Position numbers and translations under genes: made by a program. From positions 448,055 to 512,054 of the forward strand of contig JACPKM010000001.1 in assembly GCA_016187025.1 (NCBI GenBank): DNA of 64,000 nucleotides, in the 5' to 3' direction. The stretch comes from Candidatus Daviesbacteria bacterium. GTDB lineage: Bacteria > Patescibacteriota > Microgenomatia > Daviesbacterales > UBA10151. The notes under the pieces were generated by a model. That model did no database searches. It saw only the letters and a list, made by a program, of their open reading frames with translations, and was not told the DNA's origin. Shown here one piece after another: positions 1 through 9,559 of the stretch. How positions within the stretch are numbered: position 1 is the stretch's first letter; each line of letters begins with the position of its first letter.

Positions 1-1
1 G

Positions 2-250
2 AAAAAAAAGCAGGATATTTTACATTTGTTGGTATTACTCGCAATCTCTTTCTTGTCTTTGTCGCTGATTATCAAACTGCGGTATTCAACATGGCTTCAG
101 ATTAAAGTTGTGTTTATATTAACTTTGAGTTATTTAATATGGAGTTTTGTTTACCATCTTCATAATAAAAGTTTGACAAAAAATATTATGATAGAATACA
201 TCTTAACAGCAGCTTTAACTTTAGTTATAATCATGGGATTAGTAATATGA
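2..250 (+). CDS. 3'-end of a small polytopic membrane protein. The reading frame is open from the window edge (no stop between nt 2 and 25), so it is probably 5'-truncated.
   Basis: The ORF frame continues upstream of the first Met at 26 without a stop. The sequence is hydrophobic (2-3 predicted TM helices). Its stop overlaps the rmlA start (ATGA). Confidence 0.35.
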   Translation, partial: KKKQDILHLLVLLAISFLSLSLIIKLRYSTWLQIKVVFILTLSYLIWSFVYHLHNKSLTKNIMIEYILTAALTLVIIMGLVI

Positions 251-1326
251 AAGCGATCATTCCAACTGGCGGAAGAGGAACGAGGATGCAACCTTTAACT
301 TTTTCTGCCAATAAGCATTTTATTCCTGTTGCCAACAAGCCACTTATTTTTTATCCCATTGAAACGGTAGTATCAGCTGGGATTAAAGAAGTGGGAATTA
401 CCTACAACCCCGGATATCTTGATCAAGTGCAATCCATTTTAGGTAATGGAGAGAAATGGGGAGCAAAATTTACCTATATTATTCAAGAAAAACCGGCTGG
501 GCTTGCCAATATAGTGGAAGTTGCTGAGGAATTTGTTAATGGTGACTATTTTCTTTTGCACTTGGGTGACAATATTTTTGCTGACGGGATTCAAGAATTA
601 GTAGCCTATTTTAATAATGAAAAACCAGAAGGTCTGGTGCCGATGGTACATCATAAGGAAAACACTAGGTTGGGAGTCCCTTATTTTGATGATAATGGCA
701 GACTAGTAAAATATGTGGAAAAACCTCAAAATCCACCTCATGATTTTGCTATTCCAGGTCTTTATTTTTTTAGCCCGCTTATTTTCCAAAGCTTCAAAGG
801 GGAAGATAGAATTAAACCATCTGAAAGAGGTGAGTTAGAAATTAGTGCTCCTTATCAGTGGCTACTGGATCATAATTACAGAGTTGATGTTTTGGAATAT
901 AAGGGTAAATGGTTGGATCCAGGTAAATTTAATGATTGGATTGAGGCAAATCAGTATTTACTGGACAAAAAATTAGAAGAAAAAATGGAGGGCGAGATAG
1001 ATGAGGGTTCCCGGTTAGAAAATAGGGTAGGTATTGGACAGGGAAGCAGGATTATAAACTCAGAGATTCGTGGCCCAGTTGCGATAGGAAAAAATGTCAG
1101 GATCGAGAATTCGTTTATCGGACCCTTTACATCAATTTCAGACAATTGTGAAATTGAGGGAAGCAGAGTTGAAAACAGTGTTTTAATGAATGGAGTCAAA
1201 ATTTTGAATGTCAAACATCCAATAGATAGAAGCTTAGTAGGTGCAGACAGTGAGATTAAAAATGGAGAAGAGCATACCCGTACAATGAGCTTGTTTGTTG
1301 GGGAGAAATGCCAGATCCAAATTTAG
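247..1326 (+). CDS. rmlA: Glucose-1-phosphate thymidylyltransferase, long form with a C-terminal left-handed beta-helix
   Basis: The N-terminal nucleotidyltransferase motif is IPTGGRGTRMQPLT. The length is 359 aa. The C-terminus has hexapeptide-like repeats (IGKNVRIENSFIG...). It is followed by rmlB, rmlC and rmlD. Confidence 0.8.
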   Translation: MKAIIPTGGRGTRMQPLTFSANKHFIPVANKPLIFYPIETVVSAGIKEVGITYNPGYLDQVQSILGNGEKWGAKFTYIIQEKPAGLANIVEVAEEFVNGDYFLLHLGDNIFADGIQELVAYFNNEKPEGLVPMVHHKENTRLGVPYFDDNGRLVKYVEKPQNPPHDFAIPGLYFFSPLIFQSFKGEDRIKPSERGELEISAPYQWLLDHNYRVDVLEYKGKWLDPGKFNDWIEANQYLLDKKLEEKMEGEIDEGSRLENRVGIGQGSRIINSEIRGPVAIGKNVRIENSFIGPFTSISDNCEIEGSRVENSVLMNGVKILNVKHPIDRSLVGADSEIKNGEEHTRTMSLFVGEKCQIQI

Positions 1327-1338
1327 AAAGGAAACCAA

Positions 1339-2350
1339 ATTGAAACTTTTAGTTACAGGAGGAGCTGGTTTTATAGGGTCTAACTTTATTCATTATTGGT
1401 TAGAGCAGCATCCCGAGGATTCTATTGCTAACCTAGATGTTTTAACTTATGCTGGTCATCTAGAATCTCTAAAAGATATTGAAGAAAACTCCAATTATTC
1501 ATTTATTAAAGGTGACATAACTTATCCAGAAGATGTAAAAAGAGCTATGCAGGGTGTGGATGTGGTAGTGCACTTTGCAGCTGAGTCACATGTTGATAGG
1601 TCATTGGTAGATCCGATGGTATTTGTAAAAACCAATGTTGTTGGAACAGGGGTTTTACTGGAAGCAGCCCTAGATTATGAAGTGAAGCGTTTTCATCATG
1701 TGAGTACTGATGAGGTTTTTGGCCAGCTTGGTCCAAGTGATCCAGCTTTTGATGAGAATACAAATTATAATCCGCGGACCCCATATGCTGCATCAAAAGC
1801 TGGATCAGATCATCTAGTCCGTGCATTTTATACAGCTTATGGTTTGCCTATAACCATCAGCAATTGTGCCAATAACTTTGGGCCATTTCATGATCCAGAA
1901 AAGCTTATCCCCAGATTTATTACAAATCTGATGGAGGGTAAACATGTTCCACTGATGGGTAAGGGTGAAAATATCAGGGAGTGGTTATATGTTAAAGATC
2001 ATGCACGGGCAATTGATACTATTCTACAAAATGGGGAGATTGGAGAAACTTATTTAATAAGCGGTGAAGAAAAAACTAACCTAGAAGTGACAAAAAAAAT
2101 TCTAGAAATACTTGGAAAAGATGAATCTTTTATAGAATATGTTGATCATAGGTTAGGTCATGACTTTCGCTACGCTACTAACTCAACAAAGATACAAAAA
2201 TTAGGTTGGAAAGCAGAACACAGTTTTGAGGAGTGGCTTGAGAAAACAGTTAACTGGTATATAAAAAACGAGTGGTGGTGGAAACCTTTAAAAGCGAATA
2301 GACCCAATATTGACAGAAGTGCTCAAAAATTTTATGGTGGGAAAATATAA
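1339..2350 (+). CDS. rmlB: dTDP-glucose 4,6-dehydratase. The likely start is TTG at 1339 (the tracked ORF starts at 1295).
   Basis: The Rossmann motif is LLVTGGAGFIGSNF and the catalytic YAASK (YxxxK) is present. HVSTDEVFG is present. An AAAGGA RBS lies about 8 nt upstream of the TTG. The upstream gene's stop is at 1324-1326. Confidence 0.85.
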
Positions 2351-2902
2351 ATGAGTGACCAATTTGTAAAAAAAACTTCAATACCAGGACTTTTGGTATT
2401 AGAACGACCGTTTTTTTCTGATGAGCGGGGTTTTTTTCATGAAGTTTTTCATTTAGATGAGCTAGAAGAAGTACTGGGTCAACCATTCAAACCACTTCAA
2501 TGGAATCACTCCCGCTCTAAGCCCAGGGTTTTAAGAGGGCTTCATGCTGAAAACTGGAATAAGTTGATTTATCCGGTTACAGGTGAGGTGTTTGTAGCAG
2601 TTGTTGATATTAGGACTGATTCTGAAACTTTTGGAAAAATGGAAACCTTTCATTTTGATGAGGACAACAGAGCAGCACTTTTCCTGCCTCAGGGTTTGGC
2701 AAACTCTTTTTGTGTCTTAGGTGAAGAAGATGCAAATTATTTATATTTGGTTGATAAATACTACGACGGATCAGATACCCGAGCCATAGCCTTTGATGAT
2801 CCGGATTTAAACATCCAATGGCCGATTGATGATCCTATTATCTCAGACAGGGACAGATTTAACCCCCGTATTAGAGACCTCTTCCCAGAAAAATACAAAT
2901 AA
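2351..2902 (+). CDS. rmlC: dTDP-4-dehydrorhamnose 3,5-epimerase (cupin)
   Basis: The protein is 183 aa with an RmlC-like sequence (GLLVLERPFFSDERGFF...HSRSKPRVLRGLH). It sits between rmlB and rmlD. Confidence 0.8.
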   Translation: MSDQFVKKTSIPGLLVLERPFFSDERGFFHEVFHLDELEEVLGQPFKPLQWNHSRSKPRVLRGLHAENWNKLIYPVTGEVFVAVVDIRTDSETFGKMETFHFDEDNRAALFLPQGLANSFCVLGEEDANYLYLVDKYYDGSDTRAIAFDDPDLNIQWPIDDPIISDRDRFNPRIRDLFPEKYK

Positions 2903-2906
2903 AAAT

Positions 2907-3782
2907 ATGAACAAAGTGCTTCTAATTGGCGGGACAGGGTTGGTTGGATCTAGAATCATACAGCTGCTTGATAAAAAATTTGAATTTATTGCCCCATCCC
3001 ATGAGCAGTTAGATGTGCTAAATCCTGAGCTGGTTTTACAAGCTGTTGAAAACATTAAGCCCTCTAGTGTGCTTTATGCAGCAGGGTTTACCAATGTTGA
3101 TCTAGCAGAGGGGAAAGAGCAAGAGTGTTTTGCACTAAATTCTAAAGCGCCCGGTTATTTTGTTGAAGCAACAAAAAAAGCAAAGATCCCATTTTATTAT
3201 CTGTCTACTGATTATGTTTTTGACGGAGAGAAATCAGATGCTCCATATACAGAAGATGATTTGCCAAATCCCCTAGATCAAGTTTATGCAAAAAGTAAGT
3301 ATGAAGGAGAACAGGTAGTATTGGGTGCATCCCCAATTAATTCTGTTTTAAGAATTATTGTGCCTTTTTCAGCAGTCTTTACCAAAAAGCTTGATTTGGC
3401 AAGGCTTTTTGTCAGCAAGCTAAAAAATAATGAAAAGATAAGTGGAATCTATAATCAAAAAATAAATCCAGTGTTTGTTGATGATTTAGTTGCAGCTTTA
3501 GGAAAAATTTTAGAAGCCAGAGCCTCAGGAATTTATCACATAGCTGCAACAGATTTCACAACCCCTTATGGCTATGCAAAAACAGTTGCCAGGGTATTTG
3601 GTTTTGATGAAGGATTGATAGAAAAGGTAGACTATGAGGACTATGTTAAAACAAGGCGTGCAAAAAGGCCGCAAGACACCTGGCTTGATACTCACAAATT
3701 TAGAAAAGAGTTTGGTGAGGGAATACTTCATACAGTAGAAGAGGAGATTGAAGCATTTAAATCTCAGTTCATCCCAAAATAA
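2907..3782 (+). CDS. rmlD: dTDP-4-dehydrorhamnose reductase. The likely start is ATG at 2907, MNKVLLIGG.
   Basis: The GxxGxxG motif is LLIGGTGLVGSRI. YAKSK (YxxxK) is present. The size is about 290 aa. It completes the rml pathway. Confidence 0.75.
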   Translation: MNKVLLIGGTGLVGSRIIQLLDKKFEFIAPSHEQLDVLNPELVLQAVENIKPSSVLYAAGFTNVDLAEGKEQECFALNSKAPGYFVEATKKAKIPFYYLSTDYVFDGEKSDAPYTEDDLPNPLDQVYAKSKYEGEQVVLGASPINSVLRIIVPFSAVFTKKLDLARLFVSKLKNNEKISGIYNQKINPVFVDDLVAALGKILEARASGIYHIAATDFTTPYGYAKTVARVFGFDEGLIEKVDYEDYVKTRRAKRPQDTWLDTHKFRKEFGEGILHTVEEEIEAFKSQFIPK

Positions 3783-3798
3783 CTGGGATTGACTAAGT

Positions 3799-4842
3799 AT
3801 GTTAAATTTGTTTAAACTGACAAAGATGGGTAAAGGAAAAAAAGCTTTCATAACTGGAATCTCAGGCCAAGATGGTTCGTATTTAACCGAATTTTTGCTG
3901 GAAAAAGGGTATGAGGTAGCAGGTTTTATCAGAAGAACTGTTGCAAATGAGCCAAATAATATAAAACATCTGCAAGATGAGATAAAGATTTATCATGGTG
4001 ATCTAACTTCTCCTGAATCAATTGCTTTGGCACTTTACGATTTTCAACCAGACGAAATTTATAACCTGGCAGCTCAATCATCTCCTCTGGCTTCATTTCA
4101 TGATCCAATAGGAACAATGTCAGTAACAGGTTTAGGAGCAGTGCATGTATTTTTGCGTGCAAGACAAATTGTTCCTAAAGCGAAAATTTATCAAGCTTCA
4201 ACTTCTGAAATGTTTGGAGAGACCAAGCAAGTACCACAAGATGAAGATACCCCAATTGTTCCAGCCAATCCTTATGCTGCTGCAAAGGTATATGCACATT
4301 GGATGGCATCTATATTTAGAAGGGATAAGGTTCAACCTCAATTTATTTCTTGTGGTATACTCTTTAATCATGAAAGCCCAAGAAGGGGTGTTAATTTTAT
4401 TACCAGAAAGATTTCTGTTGCTGTTGCTTGTATTAAAAATGGTAAAAAAGAAAATATTCCTTTGAATGAGTTTGGTGAGCCAATTGTTCAAAACGGCAAG
4501 CTTGTTCTAGGGTATCTTCAGTCGGAAAGAGATTGGGGATATGCTCCTGATTATGTGGAGGCTATGTGGTTGATGCTTCAGCATGAAAAGCCTGATGAGT
4601 TTGTTATAGCTACAGGTGAAGTACACACAGTTGAGGATTTCTGCAGAGAAGCTTTTGCGGTAGTTAGTTTAGATTGGAAAGACTATGTTGTGACTAATCA
4701 AAAGTTTGTTCCTCCTGTTTATACCGGTCCTTTAAAAGGCAATGCTTCTAAAGCAAAGCGGGTATTAAAATGGCAACCAAAGACAACCTTTAAGGAACTA
4801 GTTAAAATCATGGTGCATCATGATTTAGCAAAATACGCTTAA
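3799..4842 (+). CDS. gmd: GDP-mannose 4,6-dehydratase
   Basis: The characteristic Gmd N-terminus is KKAFITGISGQDGSYLTEFLLEKGYEV. YAAAK (YxxxK) is present. The protein is about 340 aa. Confidence 0.8.
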   Translation: MLNLFKLTKMGKGKKAFITGISGQDGSYLTEFLLEKGYEVAGFIRRTVANEPNNIKHLQDEIKIYHGDLTSPESIALALYDFQPDEIYNLAAQSSPLASFHDPIGTMSVTGLGAVHVFLRARQIVPKAKIYQASTSEMFGETKQVPQDEDTPIVPANPYAAAKVYAHWMASIFRRDKVQPQFISCGILFNHESPRRGVNFITRKISVAVACIKNGKKENIPLNEFGEPIVQNGKLVLGYLQSERDWGYAPDYVEAMWLMLQHEKPDEFVIATGEVHTVEDFCREAFAVVSLDWKDYVVTNQKFVPPVYTGPLKGNASKAKRVLKWQPKTTFKELVKIMVHHDLAKYA

Positions 4843-4892
4843 AACTTCAAAGCCAGATTGCCAAACTTTATAGATTAAATTACAATCTTCTA

Positions 4893-6077
4893 ATGATAAA
4901 AAAACTCGCTGTAGTTCTCCCTACTTTTAACGAAAAGGAAAATCTTCAAAATACTATCACCGAAATATTGGCACAAGCCAAAAATTTAGCTGATTGGGAT
5001 ATTCATATAATTGTTTCTGATAGTCACTCTACAGATAAAACTGGTGAGGTGGCAAAAAAGTTAGCTGAAGAAAATCCAAAGATCCATTTTATAGAGGTGG
5101 AAAGAGGTTTGGGAGTAGGGCTTATTAAGGGTCATCAGTATGCGCTTAAAAAGATTCATCCTGATGTGATGGCTCAGCTTGATGCTGATGGTCAGGTAGA
5201 AGCTGATGTACTAGTTAGGTTAGTGCAGGGGATAGAGCAAGGGTATGATTTTGTGATGGGCTCAAGGCTTATTAAAGGTGGTAGTAACCAACTATCTTTT
5301 TCAAGAAGGATTTTTACTTTAGGGTCTTCCTTGATGTGCAGGTTTCTCATGGGACCAATGGATGTCAAAGAGTTTACAAACTCTGCCCGGGCTTTTACCC
5401 CGGAGATTTTTAAGAAAATTGATTTAAATAGTCTACCCTGGCGCGAAAAGACTTTTATTGTCCAACCAGCATTTGTAAATGAGATGGTTAAAGCAGGTGC
5501 GAAGTATAAAGAAGTGCCACTGGTTTTTAAAAATAGGCTAGAAGGATATTCAAAAAATAAAGTTTTTAACTATACCTATGATGTAATCACTTATGTTCTT
5601 GATGCCAGGTTTAAAAAATGGGGTTTGAGTTTCCCACTTTTTTATGTTGCCCGAAGAGCAAAAACTGTGGTGAAGTTTGGTATGGTTGGTTTTGTGGGTA
5701 CGGTAGTTGATTTTATATTTTATAAATTCTTTATTAATTTGGGTGGTTTTCCGCCTGCTACCTCAAAAGGAATCTCAACAGAAGTTGCAATTTTAAACAA
5801 CTTTTTACTGAATAACTATTGGACATTTAAATACCGAAAGACCAAAACCAGCTTTGCTCATAAACTAGGTTTGTTTAACTTAGTTAGTTTGGGTGGATTA
5901 GCTATAAGCGTAATGATTGTAAAGTTTTTCGATTTAGTTTACGGGGAGGGTAGTGTTAATATATTAGGTTTAAATGTTGCCTATAATAACTTTTATTTTT
6001 TTGCAACAATTCCTCCTGTGATGGTATGGAATTTTGTGGTTAATCATTTGGTAACCTGGAGAAACCAAAACGGGTAA
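4893..6077 (+). CDS. Polyprenyl-phosphate glycosyltransferase (Dpm1/GtrB-like GT2) fused to a C-terminal GtrA-like 4-TM domain
   Basis: The N-terminal GT2 signature is LAVVLPTFNEKENL...VSDSHSTDKT with a D-A-D-type motif (QLDADGQ). The C-terminal roughly 120 aa are hydrophobic in GtrA style (FGMVGFVGTVVDFIFYKFFINL...). Confidence 0.7.
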   Translation: MIKKLAVVLPTFNEKENLQNTITEILAQAKNLADWDIHIIVSDSHSTDKTGEVAKKLAEENPKIHFIEVERGLGVGLIKGHQYALKKIHPDVMAQLDADGQVEADVLVRLVQGIEQGYDFVMGSRLIKGGSNQLSFSRRIFTLGSSLMCRFLMGPMDVKEFTNSARAFTPEIFKKIDLNSLPWREKTFIVQPAFVNEMVKAGAKYKEVPLVFKNRLEGYSKNKVFNYTYDVITYVLDARFKKWGLSFPLFYVARRAKTVVKFGMVGFVGTVVDFIFYKFFINLGGFPPATSKGISTEVAILNNFLLNNYWTFKYRKTKTSFAHKLGLFNLVSLGGLAISVMIVKFFDLVYGEGSVNILGLNVAYNNFYFFATIPPVMVWNFVVNHLVTWRNQNG

Positions 6078-6083
6078 AACAGC

Positions 6084-7253
6084 TCAGTTGTATAACTCTA
6101 AGTTGGGAATTGGGGCTGTGTTTTCAATCAAAAAGTTTTGAGAATATAGATATATTGCAAATAACACGATTATAATCACCAACCTAAACTCCTTACTGGT
6201 TAATACTTTTTCAAAAGCAATCAAGGCAAAAGGGAATATTGGAAGGGTATACCTACTAATATCCCTGTGAGCAACAAAGGATGAGGCTATAATATAAGTT
6301 AAAACAAAAGCTGCCAAAGGATATAGTTTTTTTTTGATTAGATAAAATCCTGCCAAAAAGCCAAGTATAAAAATATATATTCCATCCTCAAGCCAAATAT
6401 CCCCCACCCAATATTGGTTTTTGTTAAATAAAGAAAAAGGAGGAAAAGTTAAATGAATATTGTCCCCACTATGAAAGTAAGCAAAAAAGTCCTGATAAGA
6501 GATAGAGTACCAATAAAAAATTACAAGTAGTGTAAAAGGAATAAATATTAAAGGAAGATAGCTTAAAAAATACTTTTTAAATTGCATAAAAAAGTTATCT
6601 TTACTTGTTTTAACCAGCTTCCACAATATATAAAAAGATAAAGCTATAAACAGTAATATACCCGGAGGGCGGGTAAACTGAGCAAGAGATCCAAAACCAG
6701 CAGCAAGCAAAATAAATTTCATCTTTTGAGCATTTTCAAATTTTAGGAAAAAATAAATAGCCATTAATACCAAAAATATAAACATTGGCTCTGCTGACCC
6801 AACTGATCTGACAATGACCCATCTGGCTGGAATAAACAAAAAAACAATTGAAAGAGCTAAAGGATGCCCAGTTAGTTTAAAGTTTCTTACCAAGAAATAA
6901 AATGCTACAACTGAAGAAATTGTAAACAATAAGGAGATAAAGATCATGGATTTTAAAAATCCCAAAAATGGCGCCAGGGCCAAGATAGCAAGCGAGTATC
7001 CAGGAAAGTGGGCTGCATAATAGTTAGCTGGTAATGATTGCCCAACTGCAGCGATTAAATTTGGATAATAGAAGGTTTTGGCAATCACTACATATTCTAA
7101 TCCATCGTAGTTTCTGTAAATATTTGCAATACCATTGCTAAAATCCAAGCCCAGAAAGCCAGAAAGTGATAAAAAGTGGGGAAGCCAAATCAGTAAAGTT
7201 GAGAAAACTGTAGTAGTAACCAGCAGTATAAGATCTTTAAAGCTTTTACCCAT
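6084..7253 (-). CDS. Polytopic membrane protein, GT-C-like (family with an 'N[YF]DG.EY..IA' motif; paralog of 45674..46831)
   Basis: The protein is 389 aa with more than 10 predicted TM helices. The motif RNYDGLEYVVIA matches ANFDGEHYLSIA in ORF 45674. It is one of only three minus-strand genes. Confidence 0.45.
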   Translation of the reverse strand: MGKSFKDLILLVTTTVFSTLLIWLPHFLSLSGFLGLDFSNGIANIYRNYDGLEYVVIAKTFYYPNLIAAVGQSLPANYYAAHFPGYSLAILALAPFLGFLKSMIFISLLFTISSVVAFYFLVRNFKLTGHPLALSIVFLFIPARWVIVRSVGSAEPMFIFLVLMAIYFFLKFENAQKMKFILLAAGFGSLAQFTRPPGILLFIALSFYILWKLVKTSKDNFFMQFKKYFLSYLPLIFIPFTLLVIFYWYSISYQDFFAYFHSGDNIHLTFPPFSLFNKNQYWVGDIWLEDGIYIFILGFLAGFYLIKKKLYPLAAFVLTYIIASSFVAHRDISRYTLPIFPFALIAFEKVLTSKEFRLVIIIVLFAIYLYSQNFLIENTAPIPNLELYN

Positions 7254-7302
7254 ATTAAAATGATAGCAGAAATAAATAGGGGTATGCTACACTTTGCTTT
7301 AT

Positions 7303-9492
7303 ATGGCAGTTAATCATTTGTCTGTTTTTTTCCCTGCTTATAATGAGGAAAAAAATATCTTATCCACAGTTACAAAAGCAGTTGAGGTTTTAAAGAAGCT
7401 AAATTTAAAAGATTTTGAGGTTATAGTGGTGGACGATGGGTCCAAAGATAACACTGCCCAGGTGGTTTATGAATTATCTAAAAAAGATAAAAGAATAAGG
7501 CTTATTGCCCATCAGACAAACAAAGGTTATGGCCATGCTTTAAAAACAGGTTTTTCTCAAGCAAGGTTTGAATGGGTAGCCTTTTCAGATTCTGATGGTC
7601 AGTTTGATTTTTCTGATATCACCAAGCTTTTAGAAGAATCTGATTCAGCAGATTTTGTTTTAGGTTACAGGATAAAAAGGGCAGACCCTTTTTTAAGAAA
7701 ATTATTTACCTTTGGCTGGAAAACGATAGCAGGAGTACTTTTTGGTCTAAAAGTCATAGACTATTCGTGTGGTTTTAAATTAATCAAAAAACAAGCTTTT
7801 GAGTCTTGTTTACCTCTTGAGTCTGAGGAAAAAGTTACACAAATAGAGCTTTTGGTCAAAGCGATGAAAAAAGGCTACCATTTTGCAGAAGTTGGAGTAA
7901 ACCATTATTCACGAAAATTTGGTAATCCAACAGGCGCTAATATTAAGGTAGTTTTAAAAAGCTTACTTGATATCCTAAAGCTTTGGTGGAATTTGGAAGA
8001 CAAGAAACCGCTCTTTCTTACTCTTTTGGCAATCTTGCTGCTTGCTGCTTTTTTACGCTTTTACAGACTGAATGAATATATGACCTTTTTGGGGGATGAA
8101 GGAAGAGATATGTTGATTATGAAAAAGATTCTGGTTGAGCTCGATTTGCCCTTAATCGGTCCGTCTACTTCGGTTGGGAATATTTATCTGGGGCCACTTT
8201 ATTACTACATGATGGCAATCCCCTCTTTTTTATTCTGGATGAATCCTACTGCTTCAGCAGGAATGAATGCACTGATCGGGGTTTTGACGGTTTACCTTAT
8301 TTATTATTTGGCAAAAATTTGGTTTGGAAGAATAAGTGCACTTACTGTAGCCTTTTTATATGCAATTAGTCCGATTGCAATAATTTACTCCCGCTCCTCA
8401 TGGAATCCAAACCCAGCTCCACTTTTTACCTTGCTTGGTATTCTTGGTTTTTTTAATGCACATACAACAAGAAATTTTAAATGGTTAATACTCACCGGGG
8501 TTTCATTTGCAGCAGCAGCTCAAATGCATTATCTTGCTTTGATCTTAATTCCTATTGCAGGAGTCATTTGGGCAACAGAGGCACTAAACAGAAAATCTTC
8601 AAAAAAAAGCTTTTGGTTAGGAACAATTCTTGGAATAATTTCCTATTTGGCTTTAATGACTCCCCTGGTTGTATTTGATCTGAAACATAACTTTTTAAAT
8701 TTCAGAGCAATGAAAGAGCTTTTTGTAGTAAGTGATGCCATAAAGGCGGAGTCAGCTGTAAACTTTGGTAAGTTTTTTGATTTAGTAACCCAAAAGCTTG
8801 TTAATCGCTACATAGTTGCAGGAAACGAGACATTAACTTTTGTCCTGCTTTTTATGATTTTAGTTCCTATTATTTGGATGTTTGTTAAAGCTTTGAAACA
8901 AAAATCCCTAGATTGGCCAAACTTTATTCTAGGGGTGTGGTTGATAGTGGGGCTAATTGGTTTAACCTTTTATCAAAAATCAATTTATGATCATTATTTA
9001 GGTTTTATAAGCCCGGCAGCATACCTTCTGGTTGCATCATTTATCAGTATGTATTTAGTCAAATTTAAAAATGCGAACAAACTAGTCAAGTCCGTTCCTT
9101 TAATTGTTCTAATCATAATGCTGGCTTTGGTAAATTTTCAAAAAAGTCCTTTAAAAGATGTTCCCAATAACCAGCTTAAAAGAACTCAAGAAATTGCAAA
9201 ATATATTATAAAGCAGTCTGAAAACAGACCTTTCAATTTTGCCCTTTTAGCAGAAAGAAATTATGATTCAGCGTATCAGTTTTATTTGTGGATTTATGGA
9301 CACAGACCCAAACAAGTCCCCTTTGATATTACAGATCAGTTGTTTGTTGTGTGTGAGGATTCGGTTTGTGATCCGGTATATAGCCCGAAATACGAGATAG
9401 CAGGTTATGGTTGGTCAAAAGTGGACGAGGTAAAAGAGGTTAGCGGAGTAAAGGTTTATAAGCTTAGCCCTAATCCTAGCGGAAAACCTTAA
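7303..9492 (+). CDS. Bifunctional protein: N-terminal Dpm1-like GT2 domain fused to a C-terminal GT39/83 (PMT/ArnT-like) GT-C membrane domain. The tracked ORF starts at TTG 7294; ATG 7303 is a likely start.
   Basis: The GT2 motifs are VFFPAYNEEKN...VVDDGSKDNT and FSDSDGQ. After about 230 aa there are more than 10 TM helices with a loop-1 motif FLGDEGRD (the DE motif of GT39/83). Confidence 0.65.
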   Translation: MAVNHLSVFFPAYNEEKNILSTVTKAVEVLKKLNLKDFEVIVVDDGSKDNTAQVVYELSKKDKRIRLIAHQTNKGYGHALKTGFSQARFEWVAFSDSDGQFDFSDITKLLEESDSADFVLGYRIKRADPFLRKLFTFGWKTIAGVLFGLKVIDYSCGFKLIKKQAFESCLPLESEEKVTQIELLVKAMKKGYHFAEVGVNHYSRKFGNPTGANIKVVLKSLLDILKLWWNLEDKKPLFLTLLAILLLAAFLRFYRLNEYMTFLGDEGRDMLIMKKILVELDLPLIGPSTSVGNIYLGPLYYYMMAIPSFLFWMNPTASAGMNALIGVLTVYLIYYLAKIWFGRISALTVAFLYAISPIAIIYSRSSWNPNPAPLFTLLGILGFFNAHTTRNFKWLILTGVSFAAAAQMHYLALILIPIAGVIWATEALNRKSSKKSFWLGTILGIISYLALMTPLVVFDLKHNFLNFRAMKELFVVSDAIKAESAVNFGKFFDLVTQKLVNRYIVAGNETLTFVLLFMILVPIIWMFVKALKQKSLDWPNFILGVWLIVGLIGLTFYQKSIYDHYLGFISPAAYLLVASFISMYLVKFKNANKLVKSVPLIVLIIMLALVNFQKSPLKDVPNNQLKRTQEIAKYIIKQSENRPFNFALLAERNYDSAYQFYLWIYGHRPKQVPFDITDQLFVVCEDSVCDPVYSPKYEIAGYGWSKVDEVKEVSGVKVYKLSPNPSGKP

Positions 9493-9514
9493 TTTACTCC
9501 ATATACAAGGTGAA

Positions 9515-9540
9515 TAAAGCTGATGACATCAAAGCTTTTA
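9515..9540 (+). terminator. Weak candidate rho-independent terminator hairpin after the 7303..9492 gene
   Basis: The stem TAAAGCT (9515-9521) pairs with AGCTTTA (9533-9539) around an 11-nt loop. It is followed by a T-rich stretch. The stem is AT-rich and only 7 bp, so it is weak. Confidence 0.2.
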
Positions 9541-9559
9541 ACTTGTACAATAATTTAGT

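Noticed and set aside
951-1214. Antisense 87-aa ORF inside rmlA. The same kind of ORF appears at 1545..1826, 2250..2486, 2843..3055, 3525..3851, 3929..4162 and 4198..4491.
   Set aside because: These are short, low-complexity and fully embedded in well-supported sense-strand enzymes. AT-rich DNA generates such ORFs by chance.
1295-1338. N-terminal extension of rmlB from ATG 1295 (MLGRNARSKFRKETK...)
   Set aside because: It overlaps the end of rmlA. The conserved Rossmann fold begins right after the TTG at 1339, which has an AAAGGA RBS. The extension is basic and low-complexity and not RmlB-like.
8481-8678. Same-strand internal ORFs (8481..8678, 11301..11513, 16996..17205, 24922..25116, 31782..32000, 41796..41993, 46213..46416, 57652..57864)
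   Set aside because: These are alternative frames inside long conserved genes. They have no independent motif or RBS support.
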